Source of the DNA: Mytilus edulis | Lineage: Eukaryota | Direction: 5' to 3' | Length of the DNA: 64,000 nucleotides | Assembly: GCF_963676685.1 (NCBI RefSeq) | Contig: NC_092353.1 | Location: forward strand, 2,356,001-2,420,000 | In this document: one piece after another, positions 14,979 to 27,556 of the stretch | Layout: every line of letters starts with the position of its first letter | How positions within the stretch are numbered: the stretch's first letter is position 1 | Program-made: the position numbers and the translations under genes | The notes under the pieces: model-generated | Database searches by the model: none | Seen by the model: only the letters and a program-made list of their open reading frames with translations | What the model was told of the DNA's origin: nothing

Positions 14979-15414
14979 GTTGTCTAGTCACAGAACCTTG
15001 CTTGAATTTATATAATTTGAATGAAGTGTATCAATACGAATTACTGTGTCGACTATAATTCACAAATTATAGCAATAGATTACATTTAAATGACATGAAA
15101 TGAAAATAAAACAAAGAAGTATGTTTACCTTTCAGTTTAATAGCCTATGAATATCTAATGAATAATGCTTCAAGCTGGTAATTTATAAAACGCATAATAT
15201 TTTACCAAGGTCGTATGCACGTGACACGAGCCATGATTTGATTATCAGAAAATCAGAAAATATCCTCAATTTGATTTCAGACCGTGACGTGTGATGAATT
15301 GTATACGATTTACTATCATTAGTTAAAGTCATGAATTGATGGTCAGTGACTCCTTTTTGCATCATTCAGACAAAACAGTGATTTCATTTTGTCCTCTGAA
15401 ATAATAATATGAAG

Positions 15415-15791
15415 AGAGCCGTGGTGTACTGGTTAGTGCATCGAACTACCAACACAAAGGTTCCTGGTTCCAATCCCGTTCGGGATGAAAATTTCAGGGA
15501 CTCAATTTTCGGCTCTCCCTTGACACTATTTGCGAATATGGTCTTGAGAAAATGATGATGGTCCGTCGGAAGGGGACGATAAATGGCTGACCCGTGTTAA
15601 GAGAGAACCATATCTCTTGCACGTTTAAGACACCCTTGTAGATTTCGAAAAAGAGCAGGCTAATGCCGCTAAAAGGCAGCACTCGCACCCGCAAAATGGA
15701 AAGGGATTAATATAAGTTGAAAAACTTGTTTCCAATCCACTATAAATAAATATGTTTATTACTGTGAGTTTGTTACTAAACTAAACTAAAC
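15415..15791 (+). mobile_element. tRNA-derived SINE with a Nin/Deu-like central domain
   Basis: A box TGGTGTACTGG, B box GGTTCCAATCCC, core ggggacgataaa...gcacgtttaagacaccc...ttcgaaaaagagcagg, (ACTAA)n tail, TSD taatatgaa (15405-15413 and 15792-15800). Confidence 0.85.
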
Positions 15792-16889
15792 TAATATGAA
15801 AAAGATCTTATATTTTTTTTTTCCAAAGTGTCGGGTCGATGAGCTTTTATAGACCTTTATAGTTCAAATAACACTTTCATTGCAAATAATTCGAACAATG
15901 TAAATATACATAATAAATATAGTTAAACATTGAAAAAATAAGTTATTCAAGAACCCAAACATTTCTATTTATAATGTTAAGTTTAGGTTTATAGGATTAA
16001 GAAATTGAAAAAGGCCCAAAAGTTGAATATTCGGGTTCAGTTCTAGTGTCTAATATATTGTGACACCTGAATCGACTCGACTACCGGTGATTTCTTGCAT
16101 AATGAATAAAGAAACATTCATCAGCGAACCAACTGAAAAGTAAATAAAATAAATTCCGGTTAGTTCACACATATTTCAATAGACGAATCGCCGGAAGTGA
16201 AATGACCTTAAGTCTAACCTCAAAAAGATGACCCGGTGTCAATGAAGACATTTAAAAAGTTTAATAGCAAGAAATTTTCTTCCCCTTTAAAATTTTACCT
16301 GTAAACTGAGAGACTTTTTGTGCAAAGGCGTATTTCGCCATAAACCGTTTTGTAGATATAGTTAATTTGTTTATACACTGCAATTTAATTTCTGTGTGGG
16401 ATTTTAAAATGAATGACTTCTAATGTGGTCACTGACTGAAGGTGAAGTCAACCAACATTGGAATGAGACTCTAATTTGAGCGTTACTCGATACTAGCTAC
16501 ATGTACATAATTATGTATATTTGTCACTTCTATTAAAAATTCAATACACTTGCTTGCCAAAATTATAGCTTATATAAAATAAGGAGCTGTGTTATGCTTG
16601 CCAATGGGACAATTATCTTCCAAAGTTCAAATGAAGTGGACGTAGTATAGATTTATGTGCGTAAATGTTAGGACGAGTCAACTCTTTTTTTAATCGTGCA
16701 TCTATTGTGTGTGACTATGTATTTAAAAGTCTTGTCTTGTCTACTTTATGTGACTATTCATTGTCATAATTTTGTCTTCTCTTCTCTATGTGCTAGTATA
16801 CGATAAACAACCAATCATTCAACTATATGTGACAGTTTCTTTTTCATCCCAATCATGTTTTGTCTACTGTTTATGTCCTTTTTGTTGTC

Positions 16890-17460
16890 CTAATCTTGTC
16901 TTGACTTTTTACTTGTTATAGTCTTGTCTTGACTATTTGCTTGGAATAGTCTTGTCTTGACTTTTTACTTTTCCTAGTCTTGTCTTGACTATTTACTTGT
17001 CCTAGTCTTTGTCTTGACTATTTGCTTGTCATAGTCTTGTCTTGACTATTTGCTTGTCATAGTCTTGTCTTGACTGTTTACTTGTCATAGTCTTGTTTTG
17101 ACTATTTACTTGTCATAGTCTTGTTTTGACTATTTACTTGTCATAGTCTTAGCTTGACTATTTACTTGACATAGTCTTTGTCTTGATTATTTGCTTGTCA
17201 TAGTCTTAACTATTTGCTTGTCATAGTCTTGTTTTGACTATTTACTTGTCCTAGTCTTGTCTTGCCTATTTACTTGACATAGTCTTTGTCTTGATTATTT
17301 GCTTGTCATAGTCTTAACTATTTACTTGTCCTAGTCTTGTCTTGACTATTTACTTGTCATAGTCTTGTCTTGACTATTTACTTGTTCTAGTCTTGTCTTG
17401 ACTATTTACTTGTCCCAGTTTTGTCTTGACTATTTACTTGTCATAGTCTTGTCTTGTCTT
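16890..17460. repeat. 28-bp tandem array decaying into related low-complexity sequence (to ~18400, including ~3.5 copies of a 37-bp unit at 18253-18385)
   Basis: Unit tagtcttgtcttgactatttacttgtca. Confidence 0.93.
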
Positions 17461-19839
17461 CTATATGTGGTTATTGACTTAACGGTCTCAATATTGTCTT
17501 GTCTATTATATGCGACTATTTGCCTGTTACAGTCTTGTCTTGTCTATTATATCTGAATGTTTGCTTGTCATAATCTTGTCTATTATATGTGACTATTTAC
17601 TTGTCACTTACAGTCTTGTTTTGTATGTGTCTTTGTTTGTTTTAGTCATTTTTTTTTTATTGTCTAGTATGTATGACTATTTATTTGTTAATCTTGTCTT
17701 GTCTACTTTATGTATCTGATCATTGTCACAGTCTTGTCTTGTTATACGTGCAATGGACGTTAGGCAACCAATCAATTAATCAACCTACTGTATATGACTC
17801 TTTTCCCCCAGTCATGTTTTGTTAAGTGTTTGTGGTCTTGTCTTATATACTAGTGCTATATTTGACTAAAGGTTTAACACAATAGTTTCTTGTCTGCTTT
17901 TTATGTTTATTTGTTTGTGTCAGTCCTGGTTAGCAAGAGTGGCTGTTTACTTGTTATATTCTTGTCTTGAGTATTTTGTGTGATTTTTGAATATATGTGT
18001 CTTATTATGTCTACTATTTGTGTGGTATTTTTGCTTGTCTCAGTCTTGTCTTCTTGTCGTATGCGACTATTTGTTCGTTCGAGTTATGCCTTCTAAGTGG
18101 GACTATGTGTGTATCACAGTTTTTCCGTAGTAATTTGTGTGACGATCCATAATATTTGTCCCAGTCTTCTCTACTGCATGTCAAGTTTTGCTTGTCCTGT
18201 ATGTCGTATATATGTGACTATATTTGCATGTCCCGTATTAGTCTGGTCTCAAGCGTGTGATTATGTACCTGGGCTTGTCTTTGTCTCAAGCATGTGACTA
18301 TGTACCTGGGCTTGTCTTTGTCTCAAGCGTGTGACTATGTACCTGGGCTTGTCTTTGTCTCAAACGTGTGACTATGTACCTTGTCTTACATGTTGTCAAA
18401 TGTGTCCGGCTATCTATTATTTGTTCCATAATTTTGTTCTCTACCATTTGTATCTATTTAAATGTGTTTGCCACAACCAAGTCTCGTCTATCGTTTGTCA
18501 CCATCTTATCTTATTATATCGATGCGTCTGTAACGTGGAGTTGAGCACGTTCCATATTTTATACGTCAGTTGGTCTTATTTGGCGGAAAATTGGCAATCA
18601 TACCAAACCTTCTTACTTGTATAAGTCTCGGTAAAATGTATTCACATATTTTTTGTAGGAATAGGACCATGCATAGATTAAAATACTGTCCGTCTACTTG
18701 TGTAGACACTTGTCTATTGTTGAAAACTCAAGCTTATATTTCTATAGATGTCTGTTAATCTTATTGTCTAGATGATTTGTTGTCGGATTACACATTACGT
18801 CTCTTTATATTGATACATCACTAAACAACATTGTATATACAACATGGAATCTCGCAAGAGGCATTGACATCTTATATGATCATATCCTTTCAACTGGAGC
18901 ATTTGAGAAATAAAGTTTTCTTGCGTCATCTCCGAATAGAAAACAAATATTTCATGTTTTTTTTTTTTAAAGTTAGTATTTTGATTTATATATTTTATCA
19001 GAGACAAAACAATATTGTAAATTTAGATCTACCAATATGCAGTAGAGTAATCTGACATTGTCATGCGTCACAGAACACATAACACCTCTGCGGTTTTTAT
19101 TGCAAGTGTCATTTCTGTTTGCCGAGACTTATGTTGTGACGTCCTTTCTTATACAAACTACCACTATATAAAGTTCTATAGTACAGATCACTTGTGGTTT
19201 TTAATTATATCCCCTGTAATCTCCTATCAATTTATGTTACCCTCAGATGTTGCCTTATTCTACTCTAGGGTAGCCATTATCAGACCAGTATCAGATGGGA
19301 AAGAAAACAATGCAAGCTTCCGTTCATTTACATATTAATATCCAAGATATTATATTTTATGCTTACACTATACAAACATTGCAAACCATAAAAAAAGCTA
19401 AGTTGAACCTTACTAAAACGAAGGTCATAGATTTAGCACGATATTTTTTTAGAATTAGACACCAACTTTCACTTCTTTCACCAAACGATGCTAGTATCCC
19501 ATGACAAAAAAATGTTATTTGACCGCAAAATAATTCATTCAACTTTTTTTAAAAGGAAAACACGATGTTCTCGTAGTTTATGAATTATATATCAATGAAA
19601 CAGCAACCGAACGACATAAAAATCAAGAGTTGGATACAGTATTTTATAACAATAACCAACGACAAGCTCTCAATCTTGATCTAAACATTGTGAAAAATTA
19701 AACAGAGAAAGATAAATCAAAAGACAAACAATGATATGGTTCCTGGTTTTGGACACGTACGTCTCGTCAGAAATGTAAATGAAAATGTCTTCACACCATC
19801 TAAGGGATATCGAAAATGCATATATAAAACAAAGATGAG

Positions 19840-20519
19840 TTATATAAATACTTTAGTTTTATTAAACATGTTTTACAAAATTGTAAATAGTATAAAAATT
19901 TACATAATACTTAATATATACACTCAAAAATAATTGCATAGATATTTCAAAACACGGGAATGTGTATTTTAAAAATTTAACTTAAAATTTCAAATATTTG
20001 TAAAACTTGTAAAACATATAACAAGGAAGCACTTTTATAATAATAAAAAACAATCTGTTTAAAACAGGTATGTCTTCTTGAACACATAGTCAATGCCACA
20101 ATTAATTTATGTCGATTATTGAACACATGCAGAATATATATAGTAAACATAACATTAATAACACGTGTATACTATAATGTGAACACATAGTATTGGTAAA
20201 TAACAAATACAATTATGCCAAAAAAACAGCGCACATTTGTAACTTTGAATTTAAAAAAAAAATACAGCCATTTCACTTACAACAGTGAGATTAATGTCAA
20301 ACAATCAATAAAATATGAACACATTTGGTTGGCCATTGAAAGTGTCATAGCTGCCTCGAGATCAATAACAAATACGGAAAGTCCTTTTGGAACAGTTCGG
20401 ATCAAATTCCATTCGGAAAACTCAGATTAATGTCCATTACCGATGATGCCACCACTTTAACCAATAATTAATGCCTGGAAGTCCTTCAGCTGGTGTCATC
20501 ATTCTCAACAAATAATATT
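19840..20519 (-). other. Predicted non-coding exon 2 (3'UTR) of the achaete-scute gene
   Basis: Minus-strand donor CAG|GTAAGC 9 nt after the stop (intron starts 21194); acceptor ttttattttataattgcag ending 20520; AATAAA at 19863-19858 followed by a U-rich tract. The 3' end is approximate. Confidence 0.6.
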
Positions 20520-21203
20520 CTGCAATTATAAAATAAAAATCATTTAACTAAAGTATTATTAATAAGTTTAAAATACTTTCATTTATTTAGTGTTTTTATT
20601 ACACTTTAAATAAATATAATGAGACAAATCTTACACTATTAAAACATCGTCACTCTCAGAACTTTTATACAAAAGTTTTTATATTAAACACTTTTATTAT
20701 TAAAGACAACCCTTTAAAGGTATGAAAACTGTTTTCATTGTCAAAATTAAAGAATTTTATTTCGCTTTCAAATGAAAACGTGGCTTTAATATTTTTATGA
20801 ATTAAATTGACTTTTTGACATTTTAGCTACATTTAATAACAATTGACATTCAGGTGTTTAAAAGGTCTAACGCTGTACACAAGTCTCTTTTGATCAAATA
20901 CCGACATCGGATGTATGCAACGTTAAATTTATATACAAAAAATTTAATAATTTCCTTCGTCATAGCTTTTCACATTTATTAAATAATAATGATTTCTGTT
21001 TCCTTTGCTTTTCATCTTTTTTTAATAATAAATCCATGTACATTTCTACCTTTTGATAAATGAAATGAGTCACCATCATATTGAATTAACTTTATGTACA
21101 AGACCCTAACATACTTGTAACAAAACAACATAATGGATTTTAGATTTAATAATAAAAATCCAGGTAGGAAAAACATGTAAAAATATATGCTTACCTGTAA
21201 AAT

Positions 21204-22172
21204 TTATAAGGGAAAAAATGACCTGAGATCAGGTAATTCGTCCTCCTCCGAGCTGAATGACTCTGATAGATTTTCTGAAGCGGACGGACTATGTTGCATA
21301 GAGATGTAACTGGTCGCTGGTGAATGCTGCATTGTCGGGCTATACTGGTACTGATAATTGTCCGAACTGTAACCAGAAGTTGTGGATCCGGTATCAAACG
21401 ACATTGTTTTATCCCCGGTGTAACCATTTTTCGTGTTGTCAAATGAAATGGTATTGTCCGGATTATAATTAAATGTTTGTAAAGGTTGGTATATCACTCG
21501 GGAATCCTGTATCTCATCAATTTCTTCATCAATGTTCTGATAAGCCATCACGTTATTAGTGTTATGATAGAGATTTCCACTTTGATAATTTTCCTTGTCA
21601 CTGAGACATTGTTCACTCTGACATACTGTCCTGTTGTCGTTGTTATTTTGATTATGTGAGAACTGTAAACTCTGGTGTATTTCACTGTCTACGTTTTGTT
21701 GTAATTTGCTCCTTGAATCATTTTCATTTTCGGAATCCATACTTTCACCATCAGTGTACATTAATAATTGTCGTAATTGTTTGATGTATTCAACAGCTGA
21801 CTTTAGTGTGTCAACTTTACTCAGTTTCTTGTTCTTTTTTCCGTCCGGGACATGATCCCTCAAAGTCTCGAATCCTGAGTTAACCATTTTCACTCTGTTT
21901 CTTTCCCTTTCGTTACGTCTAGCCACAGTTGCTGGTTGTGGTTTCGGAAGCAAATGGTGTAGTCCTTTTCCGTCTGTTCTACGTTTGCATCGCAGCATTT
22001 CTGGTTCTTTTGGTGAAAGTGGTTCCTGTTTCTTCAGCCGTCTTTGGGCTTGTACTTGTTGAGCTACTGTTGTTGTTGTTCTGACCAAAATAAACGGTCC
22101 TGTCATTTGAACTCCGTTATTATTTATTGAAGTTAAAGCTTGGATTGGAACCAAGCTTATGGTCGATGCCAT
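21204..22172 (-). CDS. ASCL: Achaete-scute family (ASCa / ASCL1-like) proneural bHLH transcription factor, uninterrupted CDS, 322 aa
   Basis: b[30 protein letters not shown]...[23 protein letters not shown]; upstream PEMLRCKRR motif typical of ASCL1/2-type proteins; acidic C-terminal motif [14 protein letters not shown] (cf. SPEEQELLDFTNWF). Confidence 0.96.
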   Translation of the reverse strand: MASTISLVPIQALTSINNNGVQMTGPFILVRTTTTVAQQVQAQRRLKKQEPLSPKEPEMLRCKRRTDGKGLHHLLPKPQPATVARRNERERNRVKMVNSGFETLRDHVPDGKKNKKLSKVDTLKSAVEYIKQLRQLLMYTDGESMDSENENDSRSKLQQNVDSEIHQSLQFSHNQNNNDNRTVCQSEQCLSDKENYQSGNLYHNTNNVMAYQNIDEEIDEIQDSRVIYQPLQTFNYNPDNTISFDNTKNGYTGDKTMSFDTGSTTSGYSSDNYQYQYSPTMQHSPATSYISMQHSPSASENLSESFSSEEDELPDLRSFFPL

Positions 22173-22194
22173 GTTTGAAAAAGTTTCGTGTGCT

Positions 22195-22420
22195 AGTCGC
22201 GTGGTTGAATGTCGAAATTGCCTCGCGACCTGATGACAATATCGTCTGCTCTTAAAAACTTCGGAAATTCATAGATTGGGAGATTTAAATATCGCTGGCG
22301 TGATAAGCCCCGCCCATGCGTACAAAGTCACACCCGCGGCTTGCTTCTGTAAAAATTGTATAAACATTTAAATGTCCCTTAAATGTCAATCAACTTTCAA
22401 TCGTACGAACGTCGCGTGCC
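22195..22420 (-). promoter_or_regulatory. Achaete-scute proximal promoter with Hairy/HES site
   Basis: Minus strand: GGCACGCGAC (22420-22411), GC box GGGCGGGGC (22315-22307), TATA-like TATTTAAA (22292-22285), second CACGCG (22203-22198). Confidence 0.7.
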
Positions 22421-25035
22421 CTGATATAATCTTGCCTTAAAGAAAATTAAATGCATCAAAAGAGATGACAACGCCATTAGAGGTTGCTAACAGTACGCAT
22501 CGGTAAATTTTACCAATAAAAAACGATAAAGAATCGCAGATGGTCATATTAAAATTGTGATACTCCTAAATTAACAACCTGTTACTTCAATATGAATATT
22601 TGTTTTGTAAGATGCAATTATTAATATTCAAGAAACTTTACTGAACATACCGGTACATTGAACATATGATGTTCTCAACCAGTGAACTTAGTTTATTATT
22701 CGTCTCACTTCATTTAATTTCAATTTACATACACCCAAAAAATGGCGCCATCTTAGTTCATATCATAAAATGTATTTTAAATTAATTGTGACTTCTGATA
22801 CTTTGATCAATGTAAAGTTCTTAATTTGATTTCTGAGTATTCTAAATGATTACTATAATCTTTGAAGATTTTTGTCGGGTTTTCTCAATTTTTTTAGTCT
22901 ATCACTTTTGTCCAAAAAAAAATATGATACACTCATTTTTCAATGATACTTCCATTTGAGTAACAAAAAGAGTGTTTACAAAATTATTGGATTTGTTTGT
23001 TCAGTTAAATTAACAGTTTTTACAATTCAATACAATATGATTTTCGTTGATAAATATAATGCAAGATAATATTCTCGCCATAGACACATATACAGCATGT
23101 TTTAATGTTGTTAAAGTTATAAAGCTCCATATGGTAAACAGTTAAATTTTCTATTGAACAATATATAAAAAACCAAGTCATTTAAAACAAAGACGTTTTA
23201 AGTTTTTTTGTCTTTTCATTTACTGAAAAACTTTAAAACCATTTTTCTGTTTTACATTTATCTAATATTTAGTTCGTTATAAATGCTAAAATCTATATTT
23301 TTGTTTGCCCTATCACCCATTAACGGCATTGTTGAATATCTAATCGTCTCTTTTGAAAAAGGTATAAATGATAAGGTGGACACGTTCACGTAAGGACAAA
23401 TATAAGTCCACGCAGGTGGGTTTAAATATTAAAAAGGCCAGTACGATTGAAAACAAATTGGAATCCCGATTTTTGATATTTTGATATTAATATCAAAGTA
23501 ATTAAGATGTAATTTTTATCAGCGGGGAAACAATTTCTACATAAAACGAACCAAACCGTTAACTGACCCTTCTTGCTTGACTGACCAACAGAAATTTCAC
23601 GTTTTTTAATATATAAGCCCGATTAAGTACAACTTAAAGGGTGCATTAAACTATGAAAAGTATGCTTTAAATGGTCTTTATCATCAAGATACGAAGATTT
23701 AAATGTGAAAATTATTCTGTACCCATGGTATTTTTTTTTACAATATCTTACATATTATACACAAGCTATCTAGAAGCTCTCTACTGTAAAGAATATGTTT
23801 TTTGCACATGTATTTTTAAGTTACATCGGCCATATTTCACCTTAAAAAGAGTATGATATTTTAGTCATATAGACGGTCATAAAACTGTACTCAGAACTCG
23901 GAAAAGCGAGTACAGGATTGTGATTGGTTGATTTCTGAGTCTGAGTACAATTGTAATAAAATTTTAAAAGTTTATGGCTGTAGCCCCAAGTATCACCGTG
24001 TAGTTTGTAAGACATTTAACGTTGTATAGACGATGGTTTCACCTTAGCGGTTATTTAATTCTTCCCAGCACTCGTGCTTTCTTTCCGGAGTCAAAGATGG
24101 CTTACGTCGTAATTGGAATATTTTTTGGGTTGATCTTTGGTTTCAATGCTCTTCAACTTCATTTTTGATTTGACACTCCAACCGACTGATTCGAATTCTA
24201 CTGGGGGTTCTTCTGTAAGGCGGACTTACTGATAAGCCCAGTATCATTAATGCGTTTTTATATAATGATAAAATATCTGAATTACACTAGAACCCCTAGT
24301 TATTGTATTTATTGTTAATTTGTCTCGTCCTGAACATGCATGCTACATTTGCCACTGTAGGCATGAAGTAATCAAGACACTTGAATGTACCAAACTATGT
24401 CCGTACACCCTAAAACTCACGAATAAGACATTTCAAGGGAAAATTACACGCCCCCCCTCGTCCCCCCCCCCAAATTATGTAGCAAAGATAAAATTCCTAT
24501 GAATATAAATTTTTACGACGCCTTTTTTTATTGGACATGACACATTTGTGCTGGTGGATTTTTATATTTATCAAATGCACAAAAGTTCAACATTTAGACA
24601 GGACTCGAAATCTACCATGCAAGGACTATATACCATGGTTGCCGGAACATAAGTTATGTTTATAAGGTTACACTTCAAACATCCTGATAAATAGGACATG
24701 CCAATTCAAAGTTATATGCGCCAACATTTCGTTTAACTATTTGCTTTTTATTGATGTGAATAGATTCTTCATTAAATGAAACTGCATATTTTTGTAATTA
24801 AAAAAGATGTGCATACATTTATAACGGTCCTTCTTTGTGATAAGTCATTACAGTTGTGTTGTTTTCAATGAATATTCATATCAGCATAAATCACTGTCAA
24901 GTTTGTGGTTACGGGAGATCAAACTATGGACTGCTTGCAAGGAAGGTAAAAAGTAAAACATTAAAAAAAAGAAATTAAAATATTTGTCAGTCGGTGAGTC
25001 TACCTTGTTTAATTGTTTGACAGTATGATAAAATA

Positions 25036-25089
25036 CACGTGATAAAAAACACGGCACGCGCCAGGTGTTCCTTTAATGTAGGGCGGAGC
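25036..25089 (+). promoter_or_regulatory. Candidate enhancer: HES site overlapping an E-box, plus GC box
   Basis: cacgtg (25036), GGCACGCGCC (25053-25062) overlapping CAGGTG (25062-25067), GGGCGGAGC (25081-25089). Confidence 0.5.
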
Positions 25090-26493
25090 ATTTTAGGCTC
25101 GCGTTCATTAGAATTTAAAACCAGTTTGTAATACATATATCATCGTTGTTAGTATATCAAAAACGAAACAATTAAGAATACAACTGCTATGTGCAAACTA
25201 CAAAGACCTTGCCAAATTTAGATTTTTATGTGTAAACTAATTCTTAAAAGAACTTAAAATCTGTTAGCCGTGTTTTTTTATATTCCATTTAGTTTTGTTG
25301 TTCATGCCGGTTTGTTATTGTTTTTAGTGTTGCTTTTGGGTGCATTATATATAGCTTTACCTTCGACTGTATGACTTCATGTGAAGGCAAATTATTAGAG
25401 GTCTTTCCCGCGTCGGTTATTCGTGTGTTTGGTTGCGTTCTTATATCATTTTTCTATCAATGTATGCTGTCTACAAGTATATATGAAGCTCTTAAGTCAA
25501 TAAGTATATGGGGAAAAATATTTAAAATGTTTGAACTAATTATAAGATACATGTCCATTGTAACATGCTTAACATTCATTGAGAATTTAACTGTTTACTG
25601 TCAAATAAAAAACAAATTGTTTCGAAGACTATAAGTTAACGTTTAATATTTACTGTACCAATTTACTTATTTGGTTTAGGTTTAAATATAAGTCATATAT
25701 ATACCTTAAATTGCGTTTAACAATTTATTTTTTGTTTCTGACAGCATAAATTTGCTCCATGCCTATTTGTTTTGAAATATCTCCAAATATTTATAGCGTA
25801 TATATCTGTAAAATCAAAGAACAAACAAAGTCAATATTTTGATAAGGATATAAATAGTTGGCTGTTCGGCAATGCCTATAATTTGTTAATCGACCTTGAT
25901 GGTATAGGTTTCCGTATATAACAAGACTCAATCTATAATAGTGTACAAAACGTATTCCATGTCCCTGGGACATTTGTAATTTCATCTCTTTTTCAATTTA
26001 TTACGAAAATTTTGCATCACAAAAAGTATTTGTGGAGAAGGCTTAAAAAGAAATAGGTTACAAAACACATAATGTACTTGTGGGGTTGATTGAAAATAGC
26101 CGAGGTGTAACGAAAGGATTCGCTCATCTAAAGTCAGGTGTCCTAAATTAATGTTTTACTATAAATAATTTCGTAAAACTACAAGCAAGCTTTCAATTTG
26201 GAGACTTTTGTTCCGTCGTGATCAGAAGAATCTACGAGTGAATACACTCTTATGGGTATCGTAAAAAATGGTTAAATTAAATTTCTCGTCGAGTAGCGGT
26301 CGTTAGTCAATGTTACAACCACTCGTCTAACTCCAGGTGTGATCTAAGAATTAATTGTATTTTTTTTTAAATCTTGTAACAAATATGTTTAAAAAAGCAA
26401 TTTCTACAACTAGAATATTAATACCCATGATAAGTCAAAGTATAAAGGGTGTCAAGGTGGATGACACTTGAGGTTAAGAGGTCAAAAGTACAT

Positions 26494-27320
26494 TCTAAAT
26501 TTTATGGAAATATTCATTATAAAGCACAAAAATGTCAGTATTCTCCTCAGAAACTAACAAAACCTTTAAATAGACTTATTAAAAGGGGATATAGTTACGA
26601 TACTGTTGTCAGGTCATTAAAGATTGCATATTTTGGCTTTAACATTGATTCACTGATAGGGTCTTTGCATCGGAACTAAACACATTTATTTCTAAAAAAA
26701 ACAGTTGTTGGCATGACACGGGTTATGTTCTTCTCATATATTTTATGATAGTATGATACTAAACCCCTAACGGGAGGGATTGTACCTGATATTCATATGA
26801 TGAAGACATAATCTTTCAATCAGTTTAATTGAGGTCTGGAGCTGGCATGTCAGTTAACTGCTAGTAGTCTGTTGTTATTTATGTATTATTGTCATTTTAT
26901 TTATTTTCTTTTGTTACATCTTTTGACATCAGACTCGGACTTCTCTTGAACTGAATTTTAATGTGCGTATTGTTATTCTTTTACTTTTCTACATTGGCTA
27001 GAGGTATAGGGGGAGGGTTGAGATCTCATAAACATGTTTAACCCCGCCGCAATTTTGCGCCTGTCCCAAGTCAGGAGCCTCTGGCCTTTGTTAGTCTTGT
27101 ATGATTTTAATTTTTAGTTTCTTGTGTATAATTCGGAGTTTAGTATGACGTCCATTATCACTGTACTATTATGCATATTTTAGGGGCCAGCTGAAGGACA
27201 CCTACGGGTGCGGGAATTCTCGCTACATTGAAGACCCATTGGTTGCCTTCGGCTGTTGTTTGCTCTATGGTCGGGTGGTTGTCGCTTTGACATATTCACC
27301 ATTTCCTTTCTCAATTTTAT
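26494..27320 (+). mobile_element. 3' end of a retroelement, probably Penelope-like: ORF tail plus UTR ending in a dispersed repeat module
   Basis: KFYGNIHYKAQKC...LNRLIKRGYSYDTVVRSL...* tail; terminal module 27125-27320 recurs at 32134-32455. Confidence 0.55.
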
Positions 27321-27339
27321 TAAAACTTAAGGGTGATGG

Positions 27340-27556
27340 GAAAAGTAAAATCACAAAAGTACTGAACTCCGAGAAAAATTCAAAATTGAAACTCCCTAAT
27401 CAAATGGAAAATTAAAAGCTCAAGCGCATCAAAAGATTGGATAACAACTGTCATATTCCTGACTTGGCACAGGCATTTTCTTATGTAGAAAATGGTGGAT
27501 TGAACCTGGTTTTATAGCTAGCTAAACCTCGCACTTGTATGACAGTCACATCAAAT
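27340..27556. mobile_element. Dispersed non-autonomous repeat, family A (inverted copies ~39716-39863, 41322-41583, 45470-45692, 48236-48448, 54555-54895, 55545-55750)
   Basis: Shared blocks ttagctagctataaaaccaggttcaatccacc, cctgtaccaagtcaggaatatgacag, ggagttcagtatttttgtgatttt. Confidence 0.8.

Noticed and set aside
13615-14991. 226-aa and 230-aa repetitive ORFs
   Set aside because: By-product of a 57-bp (19-codon) unit lacking a stop in one frame; no unique coding flanks, and one variant unit introduces a stop.
15415-15490. tRNA gene
   Set aside because: A and B boxes run into a SINE body, simple-repeat tail and TSD; the acceptor stem does not close well.
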